From the IMG/VR virus record IMGVR_UViG_3300035517_000183, positions 1 through 64,000 of that record: DNA of 64,000 nt. One strand, written 5' to 3'. A program made the position numbers and the translations under genes. This document shows, piece by piece, positions 19,159 to 27,860 of the stretch (positions are counted from its first letter, which is position 1; the number at the start of each line of letters is the position of its first letter). This DNA is from a virus. The notes under the pieces are model-generated. The model ran no database searches. It saw nothing but the letters and a program-made list of their open reading frames with translations, and was not told the origin of the DNA.

Positions 19159-19992
19159 ATGGAAACATCCAAACTAACAACACGAGTCGAGGTTATTACT
19201 CCCGAACAAGCGCGAGAATACCTCAAAATGAACACCACCAACCGACCACTCAGTAAGGGCTTAGTGGAACGATACGCCGCAGAAATGCGAGGGGGGGGGT
19301 GGAAAACCAACGGCGAGGCGATATGCTTTGCGGAGAACGGCGCACTCTTTGATGGGCAGCACCGACTCAGCGCGATAATAAAAGCGGGAGTGCCCGTTGA
19401 AATGCTTGTTGTCCGAGGCTGCGACAACGACAGTTTCATGACCTACGACTCAGGCAAGACAAGAACAGCCGCCGACGTGATGGGAGCGCTGGGCGTAGTA
19501 AGTTCCACGTGTGTGGCCGGAATTGTACGCCGCTATATCCTCATGCGCGACGGCCTTGCTTTAGCAACGATTGATGGGCGAAAAAAACAAAGTAAAAACC
19601 ATTGTAATGTTGCCGATTTGTATAAATTCTATCAGCGACATACTCAACTGGTAGAGTCAACATTAAGACTCGTCCAAAGGCTGAATAAAAAGGCACGTTT
19701 CTACCAAATACTCGAATTGGGCGGAATGGTGTTATATCTTGTCTTAGAAAAGAGTTACGACTTTGATTTTATCGCCGAATTTCTTGAACAGTTGCACACG
19801 GGTTATAATATCACCAACAATACAATCCTTGTCTTGCGCAACAGATTAATTCAAGACGGTTTCGCTACTAACAAGATGGATAAAGTCGCAAAATCGGCGT
19901 TGTTAGTCAAGACGTGGAACGCCTATGTTTCAAAGAAAGAGTATCAAAGATTGGCATATAACCCCGCAGATGAATTGCCTAAATTTATTTAA
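19159..19992 (+). CDS. ParB-like nuclease domain (DGQHR) protein; contains G9 tract
   Basis: GALFDGQHRLSAII is the ParB/Srx DGQHR motif. A G9 homopolymer at 19291-19299 encodes GGG in frame. Confidence 0.65.
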   Translation: METSKLTTRVEVITPEQAREYLKMNTTNRPLSKGLVERYAAEMRGGGWKTNGEAICFAENGALFDGQHRLSAIIKAGVPVEMLVVRGCDNDSFMTYDSGKTRTAADVMGALGVVSSTCVAGIVRRYILMRDGLALATIDGRKKQSKNHCNVADLYKFYQRHTQLVESTLRLVQRLNKKARFYQILELGGMVLYLVLEKSYDFDFIAEFLEQLHTGYNITNNTILVLRNRLIQDGFATNKMDKVAKSALLVKTWNAYVSKKEYQRLAYNPADELPKFI

Positions 19993-20001
19993 TATCAAAA
20001 T

Positions 20002-20277
20002 ATGGAAGAATCCACCGAGTATGGGCGCGAAGTAGCATATATTGCTGTTCCGCCGTATAAATCGGCACTTGAAACAGAGATTGGCGGTAATCATTATCGC
20101 CAATTCTCTATTCAGCCGATAGAGTTTATTCAGAAAAATAAACTTGACTTTCTGCAAGGGTGTATAATCAAATACATTTGCCGTTTCCGCCAAAAGAACG
20201 GTCAAGAAGATTTGTTGAAAGCCAAGCATTATATTGACTTATTGCTTGAATTAGAGTATGGCTGTCAACCATTGTAG
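20002..20277 (+). CDS. hypothetical protein
   Basis: 91-aa ORF between the ParB-like gene and the methyltransferase. Confidence 0.35.
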   Translation: MEESTEYGREVAYIAVPPYKSALETEIGGNHYRQFSIQPIEFIQKNKLDFLQGCIIKYICRFRQKNGQEDLLKAKHYIDLLLELEYGCQPL

Positions 20278-21016
20278 GCTCGTAACCTTGTTTTCGGGCT
20301 ACGACTCGCAAGCACTTGCAATGCAACGGCTTAAAAATAATTTCCCCGACGACTTTGATTTTGAACTCGTTGCGTGGTGCGAAGTCGATGCAGCGGCGAT
20401 TAAGGCTCATGATGCGCTGTTTCCTCAATGGAAAGACCGAAACTTAGGCGACATAACAAAGGTTAATCCCGCCGACGTCCCAGACTGCGACTGTATTACA
20501 TGGTCGTTCCCTTGCCAAGCAATTTCAACGGCGGGACAGCAGAAAGGCATGAAATCGGGCAGCGGTACAACATCATCGCTCGCATGGGAGTGCATCAAGA
20601 TTTTTAAGGCGAAGCGACCGAAATATCTACTCATGGAAAACGTCGCAGCGATAACGCACAGGCAATTCAAGTCTGACTTTGCCGAACTCCGCGAAACAAT
20701 AGCACAATTAGGCTATCGAAACTATTATCAGTTACTCAACGCAAAGGACTACGGAGTGCCACAAAATAGGCTACGTTGTTTCATGGTATCAGTCCGCGAC
20801 GATGGCGACAACCCAAGTTACACGTTCCCCGAGCCGATTAACAGTACGGTCGACTCGAAAGATGTAAGGGCGTTGTTAGAACCTGCGGAAGATGTTGACG
20901 AAAGCCAGTACATAGCCACTTTGCGAGTCACCGAAGATTCGTTGCTTGAAATCTTAGAGCAACCGGGCGTTTACGAGCAATTATTACAAGTGTACTACAT
21001 GGAAAACAACCGATAA
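20258..21016 (+). CDS. DNA cytosine-5 methyltransferase, N-terminal part (motifs I-VIII + start of the target recognition domain, TRD)
   Basis: LFSGYDS (motif I), FPCQAIS (PCQ, motif IV), ENV (VI), QNRLRCFMV (VIII). Ends with tandem stops TAA TGA. Confidence 0.8.
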   Translation: MAVNHCRLVTLFSGYDSQALAMQRLKNNFPDDFDFELVAWCEVDAAAIKAHDALFPQWKDRNLGDITKVNPADVPDCDCITWSFPCQAISTAGQQKGMKSGSGTTSSLAWECIKIFKAKRPKYLLMENVAAITHRQFKSDFAELRETIAQLGYRNYYQLLNAKDYGVPQNRLRCFMVSVRDDGDNPSYTFPEPINSTVDSKDVRALLEPAEDVDESQYIATLRVTEDSLLEILEQPGVYEQLLQVYYMENNR

Positions 21017-21052
21017 TGACAACACAGATACCTATAAACCTAACGAAAGGTA

Positions 21053-21280
21053 ATGATAAAACAGATACCAATAAATCTTTGTCGCGGAGTCAGTTGCATC
21101 GTAAGGGCAAATCCGGGTGTACAATCCGCTTACAACTTACTGACTGCCCCCCCCCAGATTCCGACAAACAGCCGTTCTGTGTGTAGATGTATCACGGCGC
21201 ATTATGCCAAATTCGGTTACAGCGAAATATTCGGGCGATACCTACCCCCCCCCGCAGTCCTAACTATTAAGAGTAGATAA
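21053..21280 (+). CDS. spacer ORF between the methyltransferase halves; both C9 tracts encode PPP
   Basis: 75-aa ORF in the same frame as the upstream methyltransferase ORF. Its stop overlaps the ATG of the downstream ORF (TAATG). Coding status uncertain. Confidence 0.25.
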   Translation: MIKQIPINLCRGVSCIVRANPGVQSAYNLLTAPPQIPTNSRSVCRCITAHYAKFGYSEIFGRYLPPPAVLTIKSR

Positions 21281-21828
21281 TGGCAAACGACATTTTTCCT
21301 ACGCCGATACATAAACTACGCTCGCAGCAATTAAAAGAACTCCGTAAGATGGGCGTTGAGAAATTCGGCAGAAGATTATTAGTACCGCGGTTTGACGGTG
21401 TATGCGGCACCATTACGGCAACTCAAACAGACAGTTTAATCATGGAACTCAAAGAACGAACAGACTCAAATAACTATGCCGGACAGCCGACCAAACAAGA
21501 GTTAATAGCCTACTTCGGCGACCGATTGCGAGTGCGCAAATTCACTCCCACGGAAGCCTTTAGGCTGATGGACTTAACTGATGCGGATATTGAGAAAATA
21601 CAAGCCTACCCATTTGCTACTATGGCGGAGCGCAAAGCGGTACTCTCGCAACTTTCTGAAAACTCTCCCGAGCGGCGCAAAATTACACGCGACAGTATTT
21701 GCAAGACGCAGCAATACCACCTTGCGGGCAATTCAATCGTTGTCAGTTGCTTGTATTACATCTTTAAGAGTATGTATATAGCGCAATCGGGTCAAGAGTC
21801 ACACCAACAGTTAACTCTTAGCCTATGA
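21280..21828 (+). CDS. DNA cytosine-5 methyltransferase, C-terminal part (TRD remainder + motifs IX-X)
   Basis: RKFTPTEAFRLMDLTD (motif IX) and HLAGNSIVVSCLYYIF (motif X). Confidence 0.7.
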   Translation: MANDIFPTPIHKLRSQQLKELRKMGVEKFGRRLLVPRFDGVCGTITATQTDSLIMELKERTDSNNYAGQPTKQELIAYFGDRLRVRKFTPTEAFRLMDLTDADIEKIQAYPFATMAERKAVLSQLSENSPERRKITRDSICKTQQYHLAGNSIVVSCLYYIFKSMYIAQSGQESHQQLTLSL

Positions 21829-22142
21829 CGGAAGAATCGACAGAAAGAACCCGGCACCGCCTTGCTTGTAAGCACTACTCGCTATCGTCGGGCGGTTGTT
21901 TCAAGCGTAGCCATAGCGGTAGCGGGTGGAGCGTAGAAATATGCTGTACCCCCGAAAGTCATTGCGAACGGCTACGGCGATACGATAAACGACAAAAACA
22001 TAAACAATAATTAAAACCTCTCTCCAAATGACAGACTACCAAATTTTAGCAATGCTTTTCATTGCGTACATCGCAGGATTGATAACGGCGATTATATGGA
22101 TAAGCGTAGACCAAAGAAACCTAAAACAGTAAAATTACAAGC

Positions 22143-22502
22143 ATGGCAAAAGAACTTGAAGTTAAAATAGGCGGAGTGTGGCTTATAGCGGACTACACTC
22201 ACTTGTTTGAGTTAACAAACCAAATCGAGGCTGTGAAAATTAACGGTCGCAGGTATGAACTCAACATCGCCAAATCACAAATGACCGCCTTTGTGGCACG
22301 AGATAAAAATCAAGATATATATCTATATCGAGCCAAGCCGCGAGAATGTAAGTCGGACTTTGTACCGAGCGTATTCAATGACGGCTTAAAATTATGTAGA
22401 GATGCATTCCCGACAGTATGCCCGATGGAGCAACGCACGGTTATAATTTCGTTGGGTGAAGAAACAAATATTGAAAAATTTAAATGGTTAAGCGATGAAT
22501 GA
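22143..22502 (+). CDS. hypothetical protein
   Basis: 119-aa ORF. Confidence 0.4.
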   Translation: MAKELEVKIGGVWLIADYTHLFELTNQIEAVKINGRRYELNIAKSQMTAFVARDKNQDIYLYRAKPRECKSDFVPSVFNDGLKLCRDAFPTVCPMEQRTVIISLGEETNIEKFKWLSDE

Positions 22503-22815
22503 AGATGATAATTTGTGGATTGCAAGAGATGGCGACGGCTGTCTGTTTATTTATTCAGTGAAGCCAACCCGCACGACATATTGCTTTCAGGCGGATAAAG
22601 CCGACCCACTCCGTTGTAGAATACCCGACAACCGCTACCGCGAAGTAACGTGGGAGAACTCTCCGCAAAGGCTGGTTTCGGCTGAACTTGTAACTGATGT
22701 AATGATGCGAAACGCCTATTTACGAGTGTCGCTGACTTCGGCAGTTGAACGTATAAATAAAATTGTAGACGACTTTAAGAAGAAAATCAACAAGTCGGAA
22801 ATTCCAATAAGTTAA
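22495..22815 (+). CDS. hypothetical protein
   Basis: 106-aa ORF. Confidence 0.4.
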   Translation: MNEDDNLWIARDGDGCLFIYSVKPTRTTYCFQADKADPLRCRIPDNRYREVTWENSPQRLVSAELVTDVMMRNAYLRVSLTSAVERINKIVDDFKKKINKSEIPIS

Positions 22816-22823
22816 ATGAGATT

Positions 22824-23096
22824 ATGAAACCGAACTATACCGTTAAAATCGTTCCCAATTACGCCAAGTTATCTTGTATGCTTAGTTATGCGCAAGCACT
22901 CGATAAACTTGTAAGTGAAATCTACGACGTGTATGACACTAACGACACCGACTACCGTGACGTCGTACAAAGCATAGTAAATAGAGTCAACGTCAACGCT
23001 CGTATGCTCGGACTCCCCGACATTGAGATTGAGTATAATTTCATCGACGACGTAGTAGAACAAAACCGTAAACAGCAAGACAATGAGAGAAATTAG
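22824..23096 (+). CDS. hypothetical protein
   Basis: 90-aa ORF. Confidence 0.4.
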   Translation: MKPNYTVKIVPNYAKLSCMLSYAQALDKLVSEIYDVYDTNDTDYRDVVQSIVNRVNVNARMLGLPDIEIEYNFIDDVVEQNRKQQDNERN

Positions 23097-23460
23097 ATTC
23101 CGAGGCAAAGAAAAAGGAACCGAAGAATGGGTCTACGGTTGCGCGGTGCAAGACTATAAACTCAGGTGGGGTATTATGAGTGACTGCTTTTATTTCGCCG
23201 AAGTCAACCCCGAATCCATAGGCCAATGCACGGGACTAACAGACGCCAATGGCATAGAAATATATGAGGGCGATATTCTTGAAAGCAAAAACAATACTAA
23301 GCACCAAGTTATCTACAACAGCAGTCTTGCTGCGTTTATGGCCAGAGGTGTTGGTAATTGGGCGTATTGTAGTCTTGATAAGGACTGGATTTTAAAGTTT
23401 GAAAGAAAGATTATCGGCAACACCTATGACAACCCCGAACTATTAAGCAAAACTTTATAG
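23083..23460 (+). CDS. YopX-family protein
   Basis: C-terminal IIGNTYDNPELL matches the YopX signature IGNIYENPELL. Confidence 0.6.
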   Translation: MREIRFRGKEKGTEEWVYGCAVQDYKLRWGIMSDCFYFAEVNPESIGQCTGLTDANGIEIYEGDILESKNNTKHQVIYNSSLAAFMARGVGNWAYCSLDKDWILKFERKIIGNTYDNPELLSKTL

Positions 23461-23468
23461 TTGAAAAC

Positions 23469-23918
23469 ATGACACAGATAACAACAACAATTCGACAAAG
23501 TAAAAGGCTACTCAATTATGGCGTAAAGCCTGAGTCTGCCGATTATTGCTGGCTTATATACAAGCCGGTTAACCCTAAATTGACTGACGAGTTTCCACCG
23601 CGGTTATTCGCGAAAAAAAACTTGCCATCAACCTACGCCAATAACGTCGACTTTTACACGCTTATCCCGGCATGGAGTTTGTCAAAGTTATTTAAACTAA
23701 TCCCCAAAAGCATTTGGCATCATCCCGAAGATTCTGACGACTACGACACTTATTGTTTGCGTCTGGCGTTTGACGAAGACGAAGAAGTGAGTTACTGTTA
23801 CGAGTCTGAATCGAATGGCGGTGTATATTATGACGACGCAGCAGACTTATTCGACGCGGGAACTTACATTATAGGTTGGCTGCTCCGCAATTTCCAAGCC
23901 CTTGATTATTTAGAATAA
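23469..23918 (+). CDS. hypothetical protein
   Basis: 149-aa ORF. Confidence 0.4.
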   Translation: MTQITTTIRQSKRLLNYGVKPESADYCWLIYKPVNPKLTDEFPPRLFAKKNLPSTYANNVDFYTLIPAWSLSKLFKLIPKSIWHHPEDSDDYDTYCLRLAFDEDEEVSYCYESESNGGVYYDDAADLFDAGTYIIGWLLRNFQALDYLE

Positions 23919-24547
23919 TGATAATCGTAGATAACTTTAAGCGGTTGTTAAATCCATTTATTGAGAATTTAGGCCGTCTAAATCGGCGCACAACCCCTAC
24001 GCATTTTATGCAGGTGCAGATTTTAAGGCGACACAAAGATGGCAACAGCACTAAATCTCACAAGTCCGAATTAGTGAAAGCGTATTACATTCGCGATGAA
24101 GCCGAGTATGAAGCCATTAACGATGAAGTGGTTAAAATCTGCCAAGTCCTAAACGCTCGCGCCTACATAAATCTAAATATCAAAGATTTCGACCAAGTTG
24201 CAAAACTCTGCGCGTTGGAAATGACAACAGCGATTTTCGACCACGAGAACCGCTCGCATAAAATGAGCGACTTGTATAACTCTTGCGCCAGCCGCGGGGG
24301 CATATATGGGTGGCCTGTATGGGTGATTGATGTAGACGATTTGAGCGAGAAAGACGACATTGTTGCCGCCGTTCAAACCATCTCCAAAGAAACAACAGCG
24401 ATACGCGGAATCATTCCCACGGTTAACGGCATTCACATTCTTACCTCGCCGTTCGACCGTCAGAAGTTTGCCGAGTATGGATTTATTTCCACGGTCGAAG
24501 CAAACAGAAACACACTGCTTTATGCAAGCATTGATGATGAACCGTAA
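23918..24547 (+). CDS. hypothetical protein
   Basis: 209-aa ORF. Confidence 0.4.
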   Translation: MIIVDNFKRLLNPFIENLGRLNRRTTPTHFMQVQILRRHKDGNSTKSHKSELVKAYYIRDEAEYEAINDEVVKICQVLNARAYINLNIKDFDQVAKLCALEMTTAIFDHENRSHKMSDLYNSCASRGGIYGWPVWVIDVDDLSEKDDIVAAVQTISKETTAIRGIIPTVNGIHILTSPFDRQKFAEYGFISTVEANRNTLLYASIDDEP

Positions 24548-24630
24548 AAATAAGCACGTCAAATAGGCTTGTTTTTACAATTTGAGATAATAATCTGTAA
24601 AAACAACAAATTAAAACAGCAAAACTGATT

Positions 24631-24822
24631 ATGACAAGTAGCCCACTACTCGCATTGGCTTGCCTCGTGATATTCACTACAGCCTACGGCGTGATATTCT
24701 TTCATCGACGTTTGCCACGTAAATACGAGGACTCATTAGTTGACATGGCGTTAGTCACGCTGGCAATGTTCTCCGTAGCCGGATTAACATTCCTACTCCA
24801 ACTATTTACAGACACCCTATAA
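24631..24822 (+). CDS. small membrane protein
   Basis: 63-aa hydrophobic ORF, last gene of the + strand module. Confidence 0.35.
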   Translation: MTSSPLLALACLVIFTTAYGVIFFHRRLPRKYEDSLVDMALVTLAMFSVAGLTFLLQLFTDTL

Positions 24823-24874
24823 CATGACACTCATGTATTATGATTGATTGATATTTTATAATTGGTATTGCATA

Positions 24875-24905
24875 GGGGTGACTGTGAAGTTACCCCTTTG
24901 CTTTA
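24875..24905 (+). terminator. terminator candidate at the convergent junction
   Basis: Hairpin ggggtgactgtgaagttacccc followed by tttgcttt. Confidence 0.35.
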
Positions 24906-25378
24906 TTAACCATGCTCATGTATTTGAAAATCTTATCAGACCCTTTGTAATCCTCATCCGCAAAGTAGAACATCCATCCGATTTCAAGCACCTTTGCATC
25001 CTCGAATTTAGCACCCCAATCATGCTTAGCCGCATTCATGGCTACCCACAAATCAAACTTAGTTACGTCAGAGGGGATTGACACACCCATAGATTTAACT
25101 GCCTCATAGGCTTGTTCGCACGACCAATATTCGCCGTCCAAGCCCTTAGAGTGCATCTGCTCAATTTCCCACTGTGCAAACTCTTTAGTCGCATAATGGT
25201 TAGAGTACAAACTGGCGTAGGTGCTTCGCAAAAAACCATAATACGCGCTTTCGTCAGTTTTCTTAACCATACATAAAAGGCTTTCAATAGCATCTATATT
25301 TTGCCACATAGCCTTTTCGCTTGTCACGCCCTTTTCTTTGGCGCGTGTCAGCATTTCTTTATAACTATAACTATTCAT
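24890..25378 (-). CDS. hypothetical protein
   Basis: 162-aa ORF, last gene of the leftward late operon. Confidence 0.45.
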   Translation of the reverse strand: MNSYSYKEMLTRAKEKGVTSEKAMWQNIDAIESLLCMVKKTDESAYYGFLRSTYASLYSNHYATKEFAQWEIEQMHSKGLDGEYWSCEQAYEAVKSMGVSIPSDVTKFDLWVAMNAAKHDWGAKFEDAKVLEIGWMFYFADEDYKGSDKIFKYMSMVNKAKG

Positions 25379-25444
25379 ATTTTGACTCTTTTTTCATGTG
25401 ATATTGGTTGTATAATAGTGTATTTAATGATGTTTCTCGGCCTA

Positions 25445-25678
25445 TTATAGGCCAAAACAATTCACGAATGTTCGTAGTGATACGCGCACCGTGTAATTAT
25501 CTATCGAAGTGACGGGGTAGTCGTAGTGATACGATTGCTCCGCTTTTCTTGTTTTCAGCAGTGTGGGCATTTCTTCGGAAAGACCGGAATCGGCTTGTAA
25601 TCTCCGAGTTGACCTATTTTCAAAGTCGGCAGCACGACCGCAGACTTCACTTGTTGCTTTTTTGCCATAGTTGCTCAT
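25445..25678 (-). CDS. hypothetical protein
   Basis: 77-aa ORF. Confidence 0.3.
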   Translation of the reverse strand: MSNYGKKATSEVCGRAADFENRSTRRLQADSGLSEEMPTLLKTRKAEQSYHYDYPVTSIDNYTVRVSLRTFVNCFGL

Positions 25679-25931
25679 AGATTTTATTTAAAAGTAAAAT
25701 GATGATACCGACAAAATTAGATAGATAAGCAGCAAATGCAGACAGCAACACGGCGATAACGACATCTGTTTTAAGATACAGCAGAGTCAGCAAGACACTC
25801 CAGAAAGCCAAACACATAGGGCATTGAAGAATCTTACTTGTGACTTCTGCAATCGCCTTGCCGAGTCCAAGGTTGACAACAATAACAGCTGCCACCATCA
25901 CACATATCGCCGTCTGCAAAAGCACCCACAT
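25647..25931 (-). CDS. small membrane protein (holin-like, ~3 TMD)
   Basis: 94 aa, three hydrophobic helices, charged C-terminus. Confidence 0.4.
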   Translation of the reverse strand: MWVLLQTAICVMVAAVIVVNLGLGKAIAEVTSKILQCPMCLAFWSVLLTLLYLKTDVVIAVLLSAFAAYLSNFVGIIILLLNKIYEQLWQKSNK

Positions 25932-25932
25932 A

Positions 25933-26508
25933 TCACGCTACTGTCAACGTACAAAAACTGTCGCTCACAAACCGACGGCTACAAATTTGGCAATTGGTAG
26001 TGTGAATCGCGTTCACAGTATTGCCCTTTGTTATGGTTACGCTTGTAGGCTGTGTAGCCGACGTGAACGGGATTGAGAATACCGCATTAATCGGCTCTGA
26101 CTTAGTTCCCGCGCATCCGCATCCACATTTGACGTAATCAACTGCGCCTTGTACCTGCACTTGCGCCATGTACTGCAAGTTGCCGACATTAGTAACGCTC
26201 AATACGCTGAACTGCGGAATAAACACCGGGGTATTCTCCTTGCATACCTTTGAGCATAGGCGCTGGCTGATACTCACTTGTAATTTGTAAGGCGTTGCCG
26301 TGCTACCCAGTGACGGTGTAACATTAATAATCGGCGTTGCGATGTTGGTTGAATCACAATTACAACTCATAGTTTCTAATTGGTTGCTTATATTACTACT
26401 CTCTACTGTCTTATCACTCATCTGTTTTCGCGCCGAGAGTATTAGGCTCGTTATTTTTCGGGAAAAGAATCTCGTGTATTTCGTGAATCTCCTTGAATAT
26501 AACCGCAA
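25933..26508 (-). CDS. Cys-rich hypothetical protein (CxC, CxxxC, CGCGC, CxxC)
   Basis: 191-aa ORF containing an internal YVKCGCGCAG motif. Confidence 0.4.
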   Translation of the reverse strand: MRLYSRRFTKYTRFFSRKITSLILSARKQMSDKTVESSNISNQLETMSCNCDSTNIATPIINVTPSLGSTATPYKLQVSISQRLCSKVCKENTPVFIPQFSVLSVTNVGNLQYMAQVQVQGAVDYVKCGCGCAGTKSEPINAVFSIPFTSATQPTSVTITKGNTVNAIHTTNCQICSRRFVSDSFCTLTVA

Positions 26509-26573
26509 TATCCTTTGAAATGTCGATGATATTGAGGTTAATAACCTCGAAGATATTACGTGGCTGTGGTTGC

Positions 26574-26777
26574 TTATTTTCTGCCATAGCGTTTTAGATA
26601 GTTGTTAACAAAGAAGTTATCTTTATATTTGCATAATAACTGCGTCAGCATATCGGCTGTAACGGCAATGCCTTGACTGCGTTTGCTTTCAACGAAATCG
26701 CGTAATGACTGCGATAACGCCGTTGCTTCGTCCGCCGAGTCTGCGTAAACATAAAACTCAATCTTAATCGGTTGCAT
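26574..26777 (-). CDS. hypothetical protein
   Basis: 67-aa ORF. Confidence 0.35.
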   Translation of the reverse strand: MQPIKIEFYVYADSADEATALSQSLRDFVESKRSQGIAVTADMLTQLLCKYKDNFFVNNYLKRYGRK

Positions 26778-26781
26778 CTAA

Positions 26782-27120
26782 CTAATTTGCGGGTAGTGGT
26801 GGAATATCCGTGACGGCTTGCATTTGTGTTGCGCCACCGCCATTTCTAAACATCTGCACCATGTTGTAGGCTTTCATAAACTTATCCTCATTTTGGTCTA
26901 TAAAGCCGAAAATGTTATTTACCGCATCACTAAATTGCTGCACGGCTGTCGGGCGTGGAACGTCGTAATCGGGGATATTTTCAATGCCGTCTGATAGAAA
27001 CTTGTAGAGTTTAGAGGCTCTGTCAATATCTCCGCGACATGACGCTAAACACGACATTTTAAGCGAGATTTTAGAACTTGGATTAATCATACGAATATCA
27101 ATTTTGCGAGTCCACCACAT
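26782..27120 (-). CDS. hypothetical protein
   Basis: 112-aa ORF. Confidence 0.4.
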   Translation of the reverse strand: MWWTRKIDIRMINPSSKISLKMSCLASCRGDIDRASKLYKFLSDGIENIPDYDVPRPTAVQQFSDAVNNIFGFIDQNEDKFMKAYNMVQMFRNGGGATQMQAVTDIPPLPAN

Positions 27121-27191
27121 TAATTATTTTTGAGTTGGTTTGAAATACTGAAAGGGGTAGGGGTAGCGCATATTTGCTACCCCTTTGGCGT

Positions 27192-27779
27192 TTAACCGCC
27201 GCAACCGCATCCGCAATCTTGTGTTGCAACGCGCTGAACGCGAAGCGCACAGTTTTGCTGAATGACCGAGCTTAGCGGATTGGTGCCGCCATTGCTGTTG
27301 TTGAGCAATGCCAATGCTTCGGCAGTTGCCAGTGCGTTTGCCCCTGCGGAAGCTGCACCGCCTGCGCCATAGGCCGCCGAAAGGCTGCGCTGTGTTTGGT
27401 TGACATCAATGTTAATGCCATCCTGTCGGACTGCCTCGCGGTTCATTGTGGCTGCAATAAGCTCAATAGTCTTGCCTTGTGCTGCAATGGCGTTTTCGTT
27501 GCCGCGAGCGCGTGACTTAGAGGCTTGATTTATGCCCCAAATTCCGGCAATAGCGAGCAGTAGCGCACCGCCGCCGAGTCCTGCGCCGAGTCCGATGGCG
27601 GTAGTTGCCGCACCATCGCGACGGTGGCAGTAGCCGTAACCGTAGCCATCATAGCCACAGCCGTAACCGCGTTGACCGCGAGCCGACTCCCACATCGCCA
27701 AATCCCCCGAAGTAAGATAGTTTGTTTCCATGTGATATAATAAAAAAGCGTTGCGACTCAATGTTGAATCGTAACGCAA
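27192..27779 (-). CDS. Gly/Tyr/Cys-rich membrane-anchored protein ending in CGCGCGG
   Basis: 195 aa with GYGCGYDGYGYGYC near the N-terminus, one TM helix (ALLLAIAGIWGI), Gly/Ala-rich regions, and a C-terminal DCGCGCGG. Confidence 0.45.
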   Translation of the reverse strand: MRYDSTLSRNAFLLYHMETNYLTSGDLAMWESARGQRGYGCGYDGYGYGYCHRRDGAATTAIGLGAGLGGGALLLAIAGIWGINQASKSRARGNENAIAAQGKTIELIAATMNREAVRQDGINIDVNQTQRSLSAAYGAGGAASAGANALATAEALALLNNSNGGTNPLSSVIQQNCALRVQRVATQDCGCGCGG

Positions 27780-27860
27780 ATTTGGTATTAAAAGTAAGGT
27801 AAAGAAAATTTATATCATCATAAACACATCTGCTTGTATTGTAGACAATTACATGATTGA

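Noticed and set aside
21017-21279. Group I/II intron splitting the C5 methyltransferase
   Set aside because: No P/Q/R/S or domain V-like core is recognisable, and 263 bp is short. A two-subunit (AquI-like) enzyme with a phase-variable spacer is more parsimonious. It is not fully excluded without RNA data.
21825-22010. 61-aa ORF / possible structured RNA (GTAGCC...GGCTAC long-range stem) after the methyltransferase C-terminal half
   Set aside because: The ORF is Cys/Arg-rich and overlaps the methyltransferase stop. The stem pairing could not be extended into a convincing RNA fold by eye.
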